Shown here: positions 27,401 through 35,427 of the stretch, one piece after another
Position numbering within the stretch: position 1 is the stretch's first letter
How the letters are laid out: every line of letters starts with the position of its first letter
Assembly (NCBI GenBank): GCA_024704765.1
Contig: JAKMXF010000066.1
Coordinates: 1,309,673-1,373,672 of the forward strand
Source of the DNA: Oopsacas minuta
Taxonomy: Eukaryota > Animalia > Porifera
Direction: 5' to 3'
DNA: 64,000 nt
Translations under genes and position numbers: made by a program
The notes under the pieces: model-generated
Told to the model about the DNA's origin: nothing
Database searches by the model: none
The model's input: the letters and a program-made list of their open reading frames with translations, nothing else

Positions 27401-30400
27401 TCTACATAATGCGGTAGAACATCAATACGAATCAGAAGTTGCTCTTCTTATAAAAGCAGACTCCTCTGTGATTGAATTATATGATAAAAACATGCATACA
27501 CTGTTACATGCAGCAATAGCTCCAGAAATTGGTAGCCCTAAACTTTTCATTCCTAATGAGAGCATTTTTGTTGAAGTTTTCGAAATTCTCAACCTTAAAC
27601 CTCGAGCCTATGGCACGCATCAGCATGCAGTAATTTGTCAACAAGATATCCAAGGTAGAACTGCATTACATCTATCTATTGCATTTAATAACATTTTTGC
27701 CTTAAGAAAGATCCTCTCAGTAAATCCTTGTCTTTTAATTTGTGATGAAGGCGGAAATTCAATCTTTCACGAAGCAGTAAAGAATACTGATGGTCAAGCT
27801 CTTAGAACTATAATCCGACACATCAATACAGATGATGAAACTTTAGGGCAACTCTTTAGTACTATAAATTCACAGGGTTTACCTCCCTTGCATCTTGCAA
27901 TATTACATGGAATTCTCCCTGCAATCGAATTGTTACTTGAGAAAAACGCAAGCTTATCTTTCGAAAATAGTTCTGGAGATATCACGTTATGTGACAATTT
28001 AGAAGGATTAGAACTTGAATTTTTGTTTGACACAAACTCTACTTATTACATCGGTTATCCAGTACTAAATGGCCCCAATCAATGTTGGGTTGTGACTGAC
28101 TTACCAGGACTCAGTAGGACCACTCTGACAGATCCTCAACATAAATTGATAAAACTCGATAGAAAGATCCAATTTGAAGATATAGGTATACTAACTGCTA
28201 TATTAAAATGTCGTTCATACGAACCACTAGCAGCAGCTTTTAGGAAAAAATTCCTGATTGCGAATCAAAATGTTCAAACGAAAGCTTTACCATCAGTTGT
28301 AGGTGAGAATGCTACACCTCAGGTGATGAGATATTTCCTCACTCAATTTGAGAGGGGATTTGTTTATTACAAAAATGGCGAGTGTCCTTCAATTATAGAA
28401 TCAGCTGTTGCGAACAGCAATATTGAAACTCTAATCGTAGCAATCCAAGCATTACCCAATGACTTAAGTACAGAAACAGATTTGAACAAAGCGTGCCTAG
28501 ATATTGTTGATAATTTCAAAGATACATTACTACACATTGCTGTCAGGATATCTGGTAGTAATTGTGAAGAGTTGAATATTATTATTTCAAAACTTCAAGA
28601 ATGTCATGAAGAAGACAAATCCTACTTTTATGCATTAAACCAAGAAGGCTATCCGCCTCTTCAACTTGCGATAGAATTGCAGAATAATCAAGCTGCTATA
28701 AAACTGGTTGAAGCATCTGCTGGATTATTGTTTCGTGATGAACAAAATCAAAGTGTACTCTCTTGTAGAAACAGTAAACTCAAGTTACGTCTTCTCCATT
28801 CGAAAGAAGTAACTTCTAATGAGATTCCTGTATTTTGGATTGGCTATCCTATTGAAATTGTTCGCAAAACTAATTGGATCGTTGCTCGTTTGCCCGACCT
28901 CGAGTTCACTGAATACATTGGAGAACAAAAGATAGAAAATGTAGACCAAATTAGTGACCAAGACTTGATTAATGCCATCTCCAAGTGCCATTCTTCAGAT
29001 CCATTCAAGGCGGCCGAGGAATTAGGATTAATTGATAAAAATCCAAAAAATACTAAACATATTCAAAATGTCTTGAAGAATTCATCTAAGGAAGTTGCTG
29101 AATATTTTGTAGAACGTCTAAGATATGAAGTTTATGAAAGAATCGAAAACCAAAGTTCATTGATAGAATTCTCAGTAGAGAATCAAGATATTTCTGTCTT
29201 ACATTTTCTCTTACAAAAACTCCCCAAAATTCCAGAATGGACTCCGAATATTGAGATATGTTTGAAAGGGGCACTCGAACAAAGTCTGAAAAATAGTACA
29301 GCGAATGCTTTTATACAGCTACTCAATTTCGGAGCAAACTTTAGACAAACTTATCGCGATGGAAACACACTCCTGCATTTGATAATTTCCAAAGCTAAAG
29401 ACACTTCTTTTATTGATTCTCTATTGACACCTTGGAAAATGTGTCAAGTAGAAGAAAATCCTCGATTTATTGATGTACAAAATATTCATTGCATGACAGC
29501 TTTACACCTAGCTGTGAAGTTGAAAAACAAAGAGTTACTTTCAATACTGTTGACTTTCCAACCTTCACTGCTAATTCATGGTCCTGAAGGAAACACACCA
29601 TTGCATTTAGCCATCGAGACGGATGATTTTGAGATTATAGAAGAAATAATTACCTATAGTAAAAGTAATTTAGAAATAATTAACGCGAAAAACGAGAAAA
29701 TGCGTACTCCTCTTCATTTAGCCGTTAGGAAAGGACAGAATGTCACTAAACTACTCTTAAAATCAAAGCCTGACATTTATTCTCAAGATTGTGATCAAAA
29801 CACTGTACTTCACCATGCTGTTGATTCTAAGAATAGAGGGATCATTGATATAATTTTAGATTTTGAAGCCAAAAACCACCCAAAAAAATGTAACCTCTAT
29901 TCCATTCGCAATGAGCTTTGCCAAACTCCCCTACACCTTGCTGTAACCAAATCGGATTTAGATGTGGTCACTCGATTGTTAGACTTCCCTTCTGTTCTTT
30001 CTACAACAGACTGCAACACACAAACTCCTCTTCATCTAGCGGTTATCCACGAAAATGTATTCGAGGTTATTATCAATGCCACAATGCAATTTCAACAATC
30101 AAATGTCGTTGAAGTGTCGCACAAAAATCATATTATCAATTTACAAGATGTTAATGGAAAAACAGCATTACATCTTAGTATCGAACACGATCACAGTAAG
30201 GCTTTTGAAAGATTGTTAGCTGAGCAATGTCTACTAGATATTCTGGATAAATCTGGTAATAATATCTTACATTATTCCGTGAGAGCACGTTCTAACCCTA
30301 CTTACCTGAACACACTTATTCTTAAACTTCAAAATAGCTCCGAACATTATGTAATGTACACTCAAAAGAATAAAGATGGTCTACCTCCATTACATTATGC

Positions 30401-32588
30401 GATTACACAGTGTAACATAACAGCTATACAATCTCTAATCAATGCTAAAGTTAAATTGGCATTGAAAAGTGAACAGGAAGGTTTTACACTCTGTCACCTG
30501 AAAGGAACTCTATCACTTGATGTTTTCAAGTATAAGTACGATAATTTGAAATTCTGGACAGGATTTGAGGTCAAAGATGAGAAATCAACTTTTATGGTTT
30601 TATCTGAGTTACCCAATCTAGAGAAAACTATTATTCACGAACTTAAGGCAATTAAAGTAACAAAACTTGAAAAGTTGGATAAAGAATCTCTTTCCACAAT
30701 AGCATCATGTCCATGTTCTGAACCACTTCATGCTGTGTTTCACAAACATAAGCTTACTTTAGATAAAAAGCTTTTCGATAATTCAGATATTTCTGAAATT
30801 GTTGCTAAACATGCTGCACCAAAATCAATCGAATTAATCCTCAAAAAGGACAATTCAACTCTTATTCAAGGAAAGGACAATCATCTCTCAATGTTAGAAT
30901 CAGCTGTTTCGAATCCAAATTTGGAAGGTTTAAAATTTGTAATAAATTCTATTTCAAAATATTATCCTAATCCCAAAACAGAATCAATATCAAAAATTGA
31001 ATTACAGTGTATTCAAAGCTCATTTTACCTGAGTTTAGCCAACAAAAATACAGACGCATTATCCATACTACTTGACTACCACTTGCCTTTCAAACTGTTA
31101 TATAGAGGGGATAATACATTACTCCATCTAATGATTATGAATTTTGTTTCTCCTGAATTTATTCATGCTCTATTTCTCAGCATCAACAATCAAATCATTA
31201 ATCTTGAATGTCCTTATATTGACTTAAGGAATGCTAAAGGAGAGACAGCATTACAACTCAGCATTACAAAAGGACCAATTTTAAATGTGCAAACACTGTT
31301 GAAGTATAATCCTGATATCTTTTATCAAGACAATGACCGTAATACAAGTCTGCACACTGCAGCTAAGCAAGCAAACACAGAATATGTTGAATGTATCGTA
31401 AACGCGGTTGAGAAGTCTAACCTCAAAATTCTTCTAGATTCGGTTAATTCAAATTCACAAACTCCACTCCATACTTCAGTAATGAATGGCAATTGTAACG
31501 TAACAAGATATCTGCTAAATTCTGATGCATTCTATCAGACGAGATCCTCTTACGAATACTGTATATTACATCATGCTGTTGAGCTGAAAGATGAGAAGGA
31601 ACGTAGAGAGATGATAGATCTCATATTAGAGTATGAAAATACATTTCACTGTAAGGAAGTCAGTCTTACTACTTATCAAGATGATCTTGGGTATACATCA
31701 CTTATCAATGCCATTGTCTTGCGGTATCAGGATGCTGTTGCAAAATTAATTGGATTTGTTGAAACATTGAGGATTTGTGATAATTCAGGATCTTCACCAT
31801 TACATAATGCTGTAAAGTCAAATGATGTTGAAATATTCGATATTATCCTAAAGGCAATTTTAGACAGAGAAGATCAAGAAACCAGTTGGTTAGATTACAG
31901 GTTAGTCTGCTACAGAGATAATAAACACCAAACACCTCTACATGTAAGCATAAATACACACAATATTCATGCACTTAAACAACTTTTACTCTCAAAGCCC
32001 TGTCTAGATACAATTGATTTAGAAGGAAACACTTTACTGCACACAGCAATTAGTCTGGGACATCAAGATTGCTTGGAGATACTACTAACTGAATATTCAC
32101 ATCGTTTTAGTACTGACTACGCTTATTTCGTATATATGCGAAATTCGAAAGAATTACCTCCATTACAATTTGCAATCAAACAAAAGAGGGTAAAATGTAT
32201 TGAAATCCTATTGAAGAATGGTGTTAACCTCGCGTTTTGTAATTTCTGCGGTGATAGATCATTAGCTGATGGATTAGATAGCCTTTCACTTTCCCTTGTA
32301 GAATACAAAGAAGATGGATACATCTATTGGGTAGGCTATGAATTCTTTGCTGAAAAGAAATTGTGTTGGGTGATATCTTCTTTGCCAAACCTCGACAAAA
32401 CAATATTGAAAAGAGATAGTTCAAATATTGTTAAGATTAATAGATTTAATTCAGTTTATTTAGAAGCAGTTAGTAAATCAAATTATTTTGAGCCTTTAAA
32501 TGCAGCATTAAGAAACAATATATTATCATTTGATACGAGTTTAGAAGGAAGAAGAGCTGTGGAAAATTGTTTCGCAATACGGCACTAA
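21495..32588 (+). CDS. Giant ankyrin-repeat protein, main ORF (3697 aa) with internal ~590-aa super-repeats
   Basis: 11 kb open frame with dozens of GxTPLHxA-type ankyrin repeats. Possible in-frame intron at 21550-21639 and possible small upstream exons (e.g. ATG 20817, donor 20845). Confidence 0.9.
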   Translation: MLGRQPTHVDVSDSILQKGEIRILQDKLLGMLKYYLIIVYGSNFIYISDLQSPVALKKYLPKNVLKTFDPHYSDIKIKELFDSPNTHVFQAALRTPWLKNYPPFNNSSMAEILIYAMLNSPTNLPIIECLMHSHSESLDWSYLDSNNNSIFHIALLQNSLSNEKILELLQLKDNKLETHINHVNIQNETLLSISLKGNYSETRQIITEALLNAGACIFIQKEDFYVLPNFDVSVGHLNQHVAILVNTPIGNSSILTLLDKPNEIRYFKNDFVTFKRYDLHKNENFDFLKLILEFPCPTLLQVVLYNIIVSINQNLECGSSLLHLAAEFGHPLMLLTVLSREYIDICLTEHRTNNNAFHKAMLGKNGNNLEMLLKHKDTKITTCLNAKNSDNLTPLELAISIEFYAGISLILENNVTLRTEAWLQNVSNAIKDKRIEILKIFLNFFAYHTSANKPLHELFNSHNHSILHIAVLHYHEECFVLVMQKYLENNLLKQEFTQLRFSLECQQFAATEKFLRAGACNLIQGYSCYFHIVRCCHDEVILDRLFNILHPFPTYNQDEQMFDHEHNTLFHYSIKCKNGVAVKLLGTNTPFSQLSERETTGNSVLHTIACINSLGVTQKFVSVLQEHRLTHGYLEFINLQDTSNMYSALMIAALENNLSIFNVLIKENASLDLVDRNNNTVLHIIVERGNLEFFKIVMNTIDNSNIIPLRYLYNTLNHNDVSPIEKAVLNAEIEILESFRKNHSLDNKNSVTGLSLLHLAVLIKDLEFKTREELIDVLLTEKSLLEIKDSKGRTPTNLSISERYVDSLKILLTFDPDLSAIDNESFTILHKAVKHYEKDIFTILISHITSSHSRNILQSKDCDAFHFAIKCLKYEPIEQLLEQQPSLMSTEIEGNTVIHTACEFPNAINILILLLKYVQLQGLTSLLTKLNNNQLTPLLFAIYHKNKDACQELIKQKANLSYSITNGTQVFHDIVNDSKLLFCEYKNELYIGYSFSQKNIHRILSPLNDLTNAVIHTNSTIKIVKNVNTKLIEATIIQPSSQLLQILLSQVSATLKNENLKTTIYIPAVRIGSIRVINYLIQEKITVQDYFNIDNGSLLYESIKHRNEEVFIQLCEHVVNQRSASFQKVGGILLQIQSTHPLLLCIDLNKPKIFNYLLDEKFQFSLTFLQHQDNTIIHLILNSNNRNVFLRLFIERIQSNKLILSLNNTPLVDCYTKNSKITPLHLCAQYFPECLSMILELNPDPTIADSSGNTALHLAVNADSLNSTKLILDQYKNTSGLSEMVNATNLMGLTPLHNAVDKASEDIVRLLLDNNANIYAIDEDKRTVFHHSVFIKDRNKSVSIMKILLEYNSLNQQQSTGLVRGVDSERCTALHLAIKCQNLKVIEYLLEQPIDISITNCDENTILHLAVMVKYTDLVVKSILRAVFEGSLKNIHNISSTDFINMRNSQGKSALSLSMECADLNKIESILAYEPRLDSTDMDGNSPLHIVVQFNSIKCLNTLLKKIKSRNSQSIMRFLNAVNNKGLSPLHHAIACNNYESAEILCNEGAQLSLTSPNGTTTLCHGIDGLKLRFMCIQPGYFKEYQYYICYTRDTRNSIVIASLLPELSTKVFQDSAKLKLVTKLPEHAIQFIIKCSCTEPLEALIASKFLDFSKDKTWDLYWKVADNSSMLVTNYLFQNYPDKMKCSKSLKMLEKAVIINDNTKIIENTLNKFPLLDKLDEQEIHSILKTVLELSISNDSTTNLKTLLARRAKLNYLYGDEKDQTILHIIVEKDKNIEFFTCILEEIFTREEGEFRQSTFIDGKSMIDHQNNKGKTALHLCIEKKRHDLLRIILKHCQKIMLKDLNDNTIVHLAASTGNLLIAKEIFQKISTDEYPYYFDSENIHGCTPLHLATSVGSKDICKNLLEKGASLFSIDKDDRTMFHHAMLVENKENRLETLTFLLEEFPNKKDDRSKNLLRKQDRDGCTALHNAVEHQYESEVALLIKADSSVIELYDKNMHTLLHAAIAPEIGSPKLFIPNESIFVEVFEILNLKPRAYGTHQHAVICQQDIQGRTALHLSIAFNNIFALRKILSVNPCLLICDEGGNSIFHEAVKNTDGQALRTIIRHINTDDETLGQLFSTINSQGLPPLHLAILHGILPAIELLLEKNASLSFENSSGDITLCDNLEGLELEFLFDTNSTYYIGYPVLNGPNQCWVVTDLPGLSRTTLTDPQHKLIKLDRKIQFEDIGILTAILKCRSYEPLAAAFRKKFLIANQNVQTKALPSVVGENATPQVMRYFLTQFERGFVYYKNGECPSIIESAVANSNIETLIVAIQALPNDLSTETDLNKACLDIVDNFKDTLLHIAVRISGSNCEELNIIISKLQECHEEDKSYFYALNQEGYPPLQLAIELQNNQAAIKLVEASAGLLFRDEQNQSVLSCRNSKLKLRLLHSKEVTSNEIPVFWIGYPIEIVRKTNWIVARLPDLEFTEYIGEQKIENVDQISDQDLINAISKCHSSDPFKAAEELGLIDKNPKNTKHIQNVLKNSSKEVAEYFVERLRYEVYERIENQSSLIEFSVENQDISVLHFLLQKLPKIPEWTPNIEICLKGALEQSLKNSTANAFIQLLNFGANFRQTYRDGNTLLHLIISKAKDTSFIDSLLTPWKMCQVEENPRFIDVQNIHCMTALHLAVKLKNKELLSILLTFQPSLLIHGPEGNTPLHLAIETDDFEIIEEIITYSKSNLEIINAKNEKMRTPLHLAVRKGQNVTKLLLKSKPDIYSQDCDQNTVLHHAVDSKNRGIIDIILDFEAKNHPKKCNLYSIRNELCQTPLHLAVTKSDLDVVTRLLDFPSVLSTTDCNTQTPLHLAVIHENVFEVIINATMQFQQSNVVEVSHKNHIINLQDVNGKTALHLSIEHDHSKAFERLLAEQCLLDILDKSGNNILHYSVRARSNPTYLNTLILKLQNSSEHYVMYTQKNKDGLPPLHYAITQCNITAIQSLINAKVKLALKSEQEGFTLCHLKGTLSLDVFKYKYDNLKFWTGFEVKDEKSTFMVLSELPNLEKTIIHELKAIKVTKLEKLDKESLSTIASCPCSEPLHAVFHKHKLTLDKKLFDNSDISEIVAKHAAPKSIELILKKDNSTLIQGKDNHLSMLESAVSNPNLEGLKFVINSISKYYPNPKTESISKIELQCIQSSFYLSLANKNTDALSILLDYHLPFKLLYRGDNTLLHLMIMNFVSPEFIHALFLSINNQIINLECPYIDLRNAKGETALQLSITKGPILNVQTLLKYNPDIFYQDNDRNTSLHTAAKQANTEYVECIVNAVEKSNLKILLDSVNSNSQTPLHTSVMNGNCNVTRYLLNSDAFYQTRSSYEYCILHHAVELKDEKERREMIDLILEYENTFHCKEVSLTTYQDDLGYTSLINAIVLRYQDAVAKLIGFVETLRICDNSGSSPLHNAVKSNDVEIFDIILKAILDREDQETSWLDYRLVCYRDNKHQTPLHVSINTHNIHALKQLLLSKPCLDTIDLEGNTLLHTAISLGHQDCLEILLTEYSHRFSTDYAYFVYMRNSKELPPLQFAIKQKRVKCIEILLKNGVNLAFCNFCGDRSLADGLDSLSLSLVEYKEDGYIYWVGYEFFAEKKLCWVISSLPNLDKTILKRDSSNIVKINRFNSVYLEAVSKSNYFEPLNAALRNNILSFDTSLEGRRAVENCFAIRH

Positions 32589-33987
32589 ACAATCACTGCG
32601 ATGCCTTCTTTCCAAAATGAAGTCTAACCTGTTCACTAGATTGGACGAAATGGATTCAATCATTGAATATGCTATTCCAAACACTGACAATGACGCATTG
32701 GAATTCCTACTCGAGAGCCTCCCCGAATTTCATGAAGAGCTCATTCCCAAATGTGAAGGAAGTGAGAAATATTCCGAAAATATTCAGATATGTTTTTGTT
32801 TTCGAAGGTCGTTTGAAAAGAGTATTTTGAATCAAACTCCAGATGCACTAATTTCTCTCCTCAAACATTTTCCAAAGCTGGACTACACATATGGTGAAAG
32901 AGACAATACATTAATACACCTTATGATTGTCCAAGATAAATCTTGTGAATTTATTAATCGCGTTTTAGAATGGATCTCTCAATCTATCAAATTGACGAGT
33001 AAATATTCTAGTGTACTAGATTTGAAAAATTCTTTAGGACAAACTATGTTACATTCTTGTATACATGCTAAACAATGGGATAATTTGAATGTTCTCTTGA
33101 AACACAAACCAGATCTTTATGTGCAAGATATTAATGGTGAAACCTCGCTACATTATGCTGTTAAAACAGAAGATTTACTTTATGTACAAATTATTCATGA
33201 AAATGCCCCCAATCAGCAAACCTTTCTGCCAATAAGAAACTTGAATGGCGACACAGCTCTGCATCTAGCCATACAAAATGGTAATATCGAAGTAACCAAT
33301 TTTCTTCTTCAATCAAAATCTCCATTCTATCCACATAAAGACGATAAATCAACAATACTACATATAGCAGTTGAATTTCTAGATTCAGTAAAACGAATGG
33401 CCCTTATTGAAACAATTTTGAAAAATGAGCCTGAACCTTCTTCAGGTTCTGACAGAATTATTACACGTCTGAAAAATCATAACGGCTACACGCCATTACA
33501 TCTAGCTATAGAACGGAAATATTCTGACGTAGTAAACATTCTTTTAGGTGTTGATATAGGAGCAATGTATATCCGAGATGATAATGAGCGAACACCCCTT
33601 CATCTTGCAATAATCCCATCATTCTCAGATGGTCAAAAATGTACAGAGGTATCCACAATTCATCAACCGATCCTCGACAGCGTACTGAATGCTTGTGAAA
33701 AATTGGATGGAAAGCACGAAGAAAACACCCCTTGCAGTGCAAAACACTTAATTTGTATTCAAGATAAGCATAAAAGAACTGCTATGCACGATGCTATACA
33801 ACATCTGAATGTTTATGCATTTACAGAACTTCTAAAAACAGGTTCATGTCTAGATATCCCAGATGAAGAAGGTAATATACTGACCCATGAGGCTGTTAAA
33901 AACCCTGATGATATCACCTATCGGATATTACTAGTTGAGGAGTTGAAGAGGAGATATCCAGATACACTATATGATTGTTTCCAATGA
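32548..33987 (+). CDS. Continuation of the giant ankyrin gene in the +1 frame
   Basis: Removing one G at 32547/32548 gives L-E-E-E-E-L-W-K-I-V-S-Q-Y...M-K-S-N-L, which aligns with the equivalent segment of earlier super-repeats and runs into the 32617-33987 ankyrin ORF. The joined frame is about 4163 aa. Confidence 0.8.
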   Translation, partial: EEELWKIVSQYGTKQSLRCLLSKMKSNLFTRLDEMDSIIEYAIPNTDNDALEFLLESLPEFHEELIPKCEGSEKYSENIQICFCFRRSFEKSILNQTPDALISLLKHFPKLDYTYGERDNTLIHLMIVQDKSCEFINRVLEWISQSIKLTSKYSSVLDLKNSLGQTMLHSCIHAKQWDNLNVLLKHKPDLYVQDINGETSLHYAVKTEDLLYVQIIHENAPNQQTFLPIRNLNGDTALHLAIQNGNIEVTNFLLQSKSPFYPHKDDKSTILHIAVEFLDSVKRMALIETILKNEPEPSSGSDRIITRLKNHNGYTPLHLAIERKYSDVVNILLGVDIGAMYIRDDNERTPLHLAIIPSFSDGQKCTEVSTIHQPILDSVLNACEKLDGKHEENTPCSAKHLICIQDKHKRTAMHDAIQHLNVYAFTELLKTGSCLDIPDEEGNILTHEAVKNPDDITYRILLVEELKRRYPDTLYDCFQ

Positions 33988-34948
33988 CTTGTGGCAAGAA
34001 TTGATCTTCATGAGATATGTATGTTATGATAAATTACAAAACATTTATTGCTACCTTTTTCCTATTTATATGACGATCTTCCTATATTTTATCTTCTTGT
34101 ATATTCCATTGTGTCTTCCATTGTATTTCCCTTCTCCCAAATGTGAATCTGAATTATTCCTCTATGACACTGATAAAGATCGCGGGACAGTTGGCAAGGA
34201 TGCACCAGCAGATTGACCGATTTTTTAGCATCCAAAATATAATCGGCCAAATTATTCTTCATTGTCACATTTCGGGCCAATTCTGGACGGATTTTCATTA
34301 TATCTGTGCGCATATATAAACCGAAAACGCAAGGTACATGGAAAAAGAAAATTGTCAGAAGGCTTCGAATGAAACCACGTATGAGCCTGTAGCTCCAAAT
34401 TTTGCTGATTTTATGCATGCTTTATAAAATTTCGGTAAATCTGCTGGTGCATAGTGGAATTTTCAGGAATCCAATATTCTCCAATGAAAAACAATGCATC
34501 CTCGAATCCATTATATCATTTTTATGATATATTGTGAAAGCTTCCTATTAACTCAACTGAATATCAACTGTATTTGGTTTCAATATTGATTTTTTCGACC
34601 TGGAAATATTTTTTAAATGTGGAATAATTTTAGAAGAATTTCATTGATCATAATAATATACGAAAATTGATTATTGCTACAATAAATAATCTACATTATG
34701 AGCTACGCGTTAGCTGTAATTTGAATCCACTTCATTGCAGATTGCACTTCTTATTTATCCCTGGTGCCTAAAATATTGTCGATTCCAGGAGGTCCTTATA
34801 TTCCGTAATTAATGGGTCAGGTAAGAGTTCATGAGCTGACCCGTCTGACCATTTGGCAAGCCTGCTGTAATTGCAGAAATGCACAATATGGTTATCTAAT
34901 ATATAACAATAGATGATGCGGGATTATAGGCCGATTTCTATAAACGAT

Positions 34949-35249
34949 GTGGCTACAGTACCGGTACCGGGATTGTGCAAGTTCACCTTGGAGCACCGGT
35001 GTAACTGCCTAGATTAGCCTCCCAACCCAGTTTCCCGGATATAGTCTTGGCTAGTCCAGATTAAGCCCCGGGATTAATCTAGGCCAGCCCAGATTATACC
35101 CCCATTTGAGGGTATAACCTGGGCTAAAATGTATAATCTGGGCTAGCCCGGTTTATACCTGGGGGTTAATTTAGGCTATCCCAGACTATACCCGGGGTTA
35201 AACTGGGTTGGGAGGTTAATCTAGGCTGTTACACCGGTACTGTAGCCAC
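34949..35249. mobile_element. Fold-back-like palindromic element, ~300 bp
   Basis: Termini GTGGCTACAGTACCGGT and ACCGGTACTGTAGCCAC. The arms remain complementary for more than 100 bp and are built from CCAGATTATAC-like subrepeats. Confidence 0.7.
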
Positions 35250-35427
35250 TCTCTTCTATAAAACATAAATATTGGAATCCAATATCCATGGTTACATATC
35301 TAAATAATCTAATAAGCTTATAAGGGACCATTTTTGTCAAATTACTGCGCCTGTTTTCCATTACTTATCCAAGATACAGAATTACATATGTACTGAAAGC
35401 CACTAGCATATTATTACGTCACACAAA

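Noticed and set aside
22208-32424. Short antisense and alternative-frame ORFs inside the ankyrin gene
   Set aside because: They are shadow ORFs of a long coding frame with no recognisable motifs.
21495-33987. Bacterial endosymbiont or giant-virus origin of the long low-intron ankyrin gene
   Set aside because: Composition matches the flanking host genes, candidate spliceosomal introns exist at the 5' end, and the neighbours are intron-containing animal genes. Horizontal origin cannot be fully excluded without a phylogeny.
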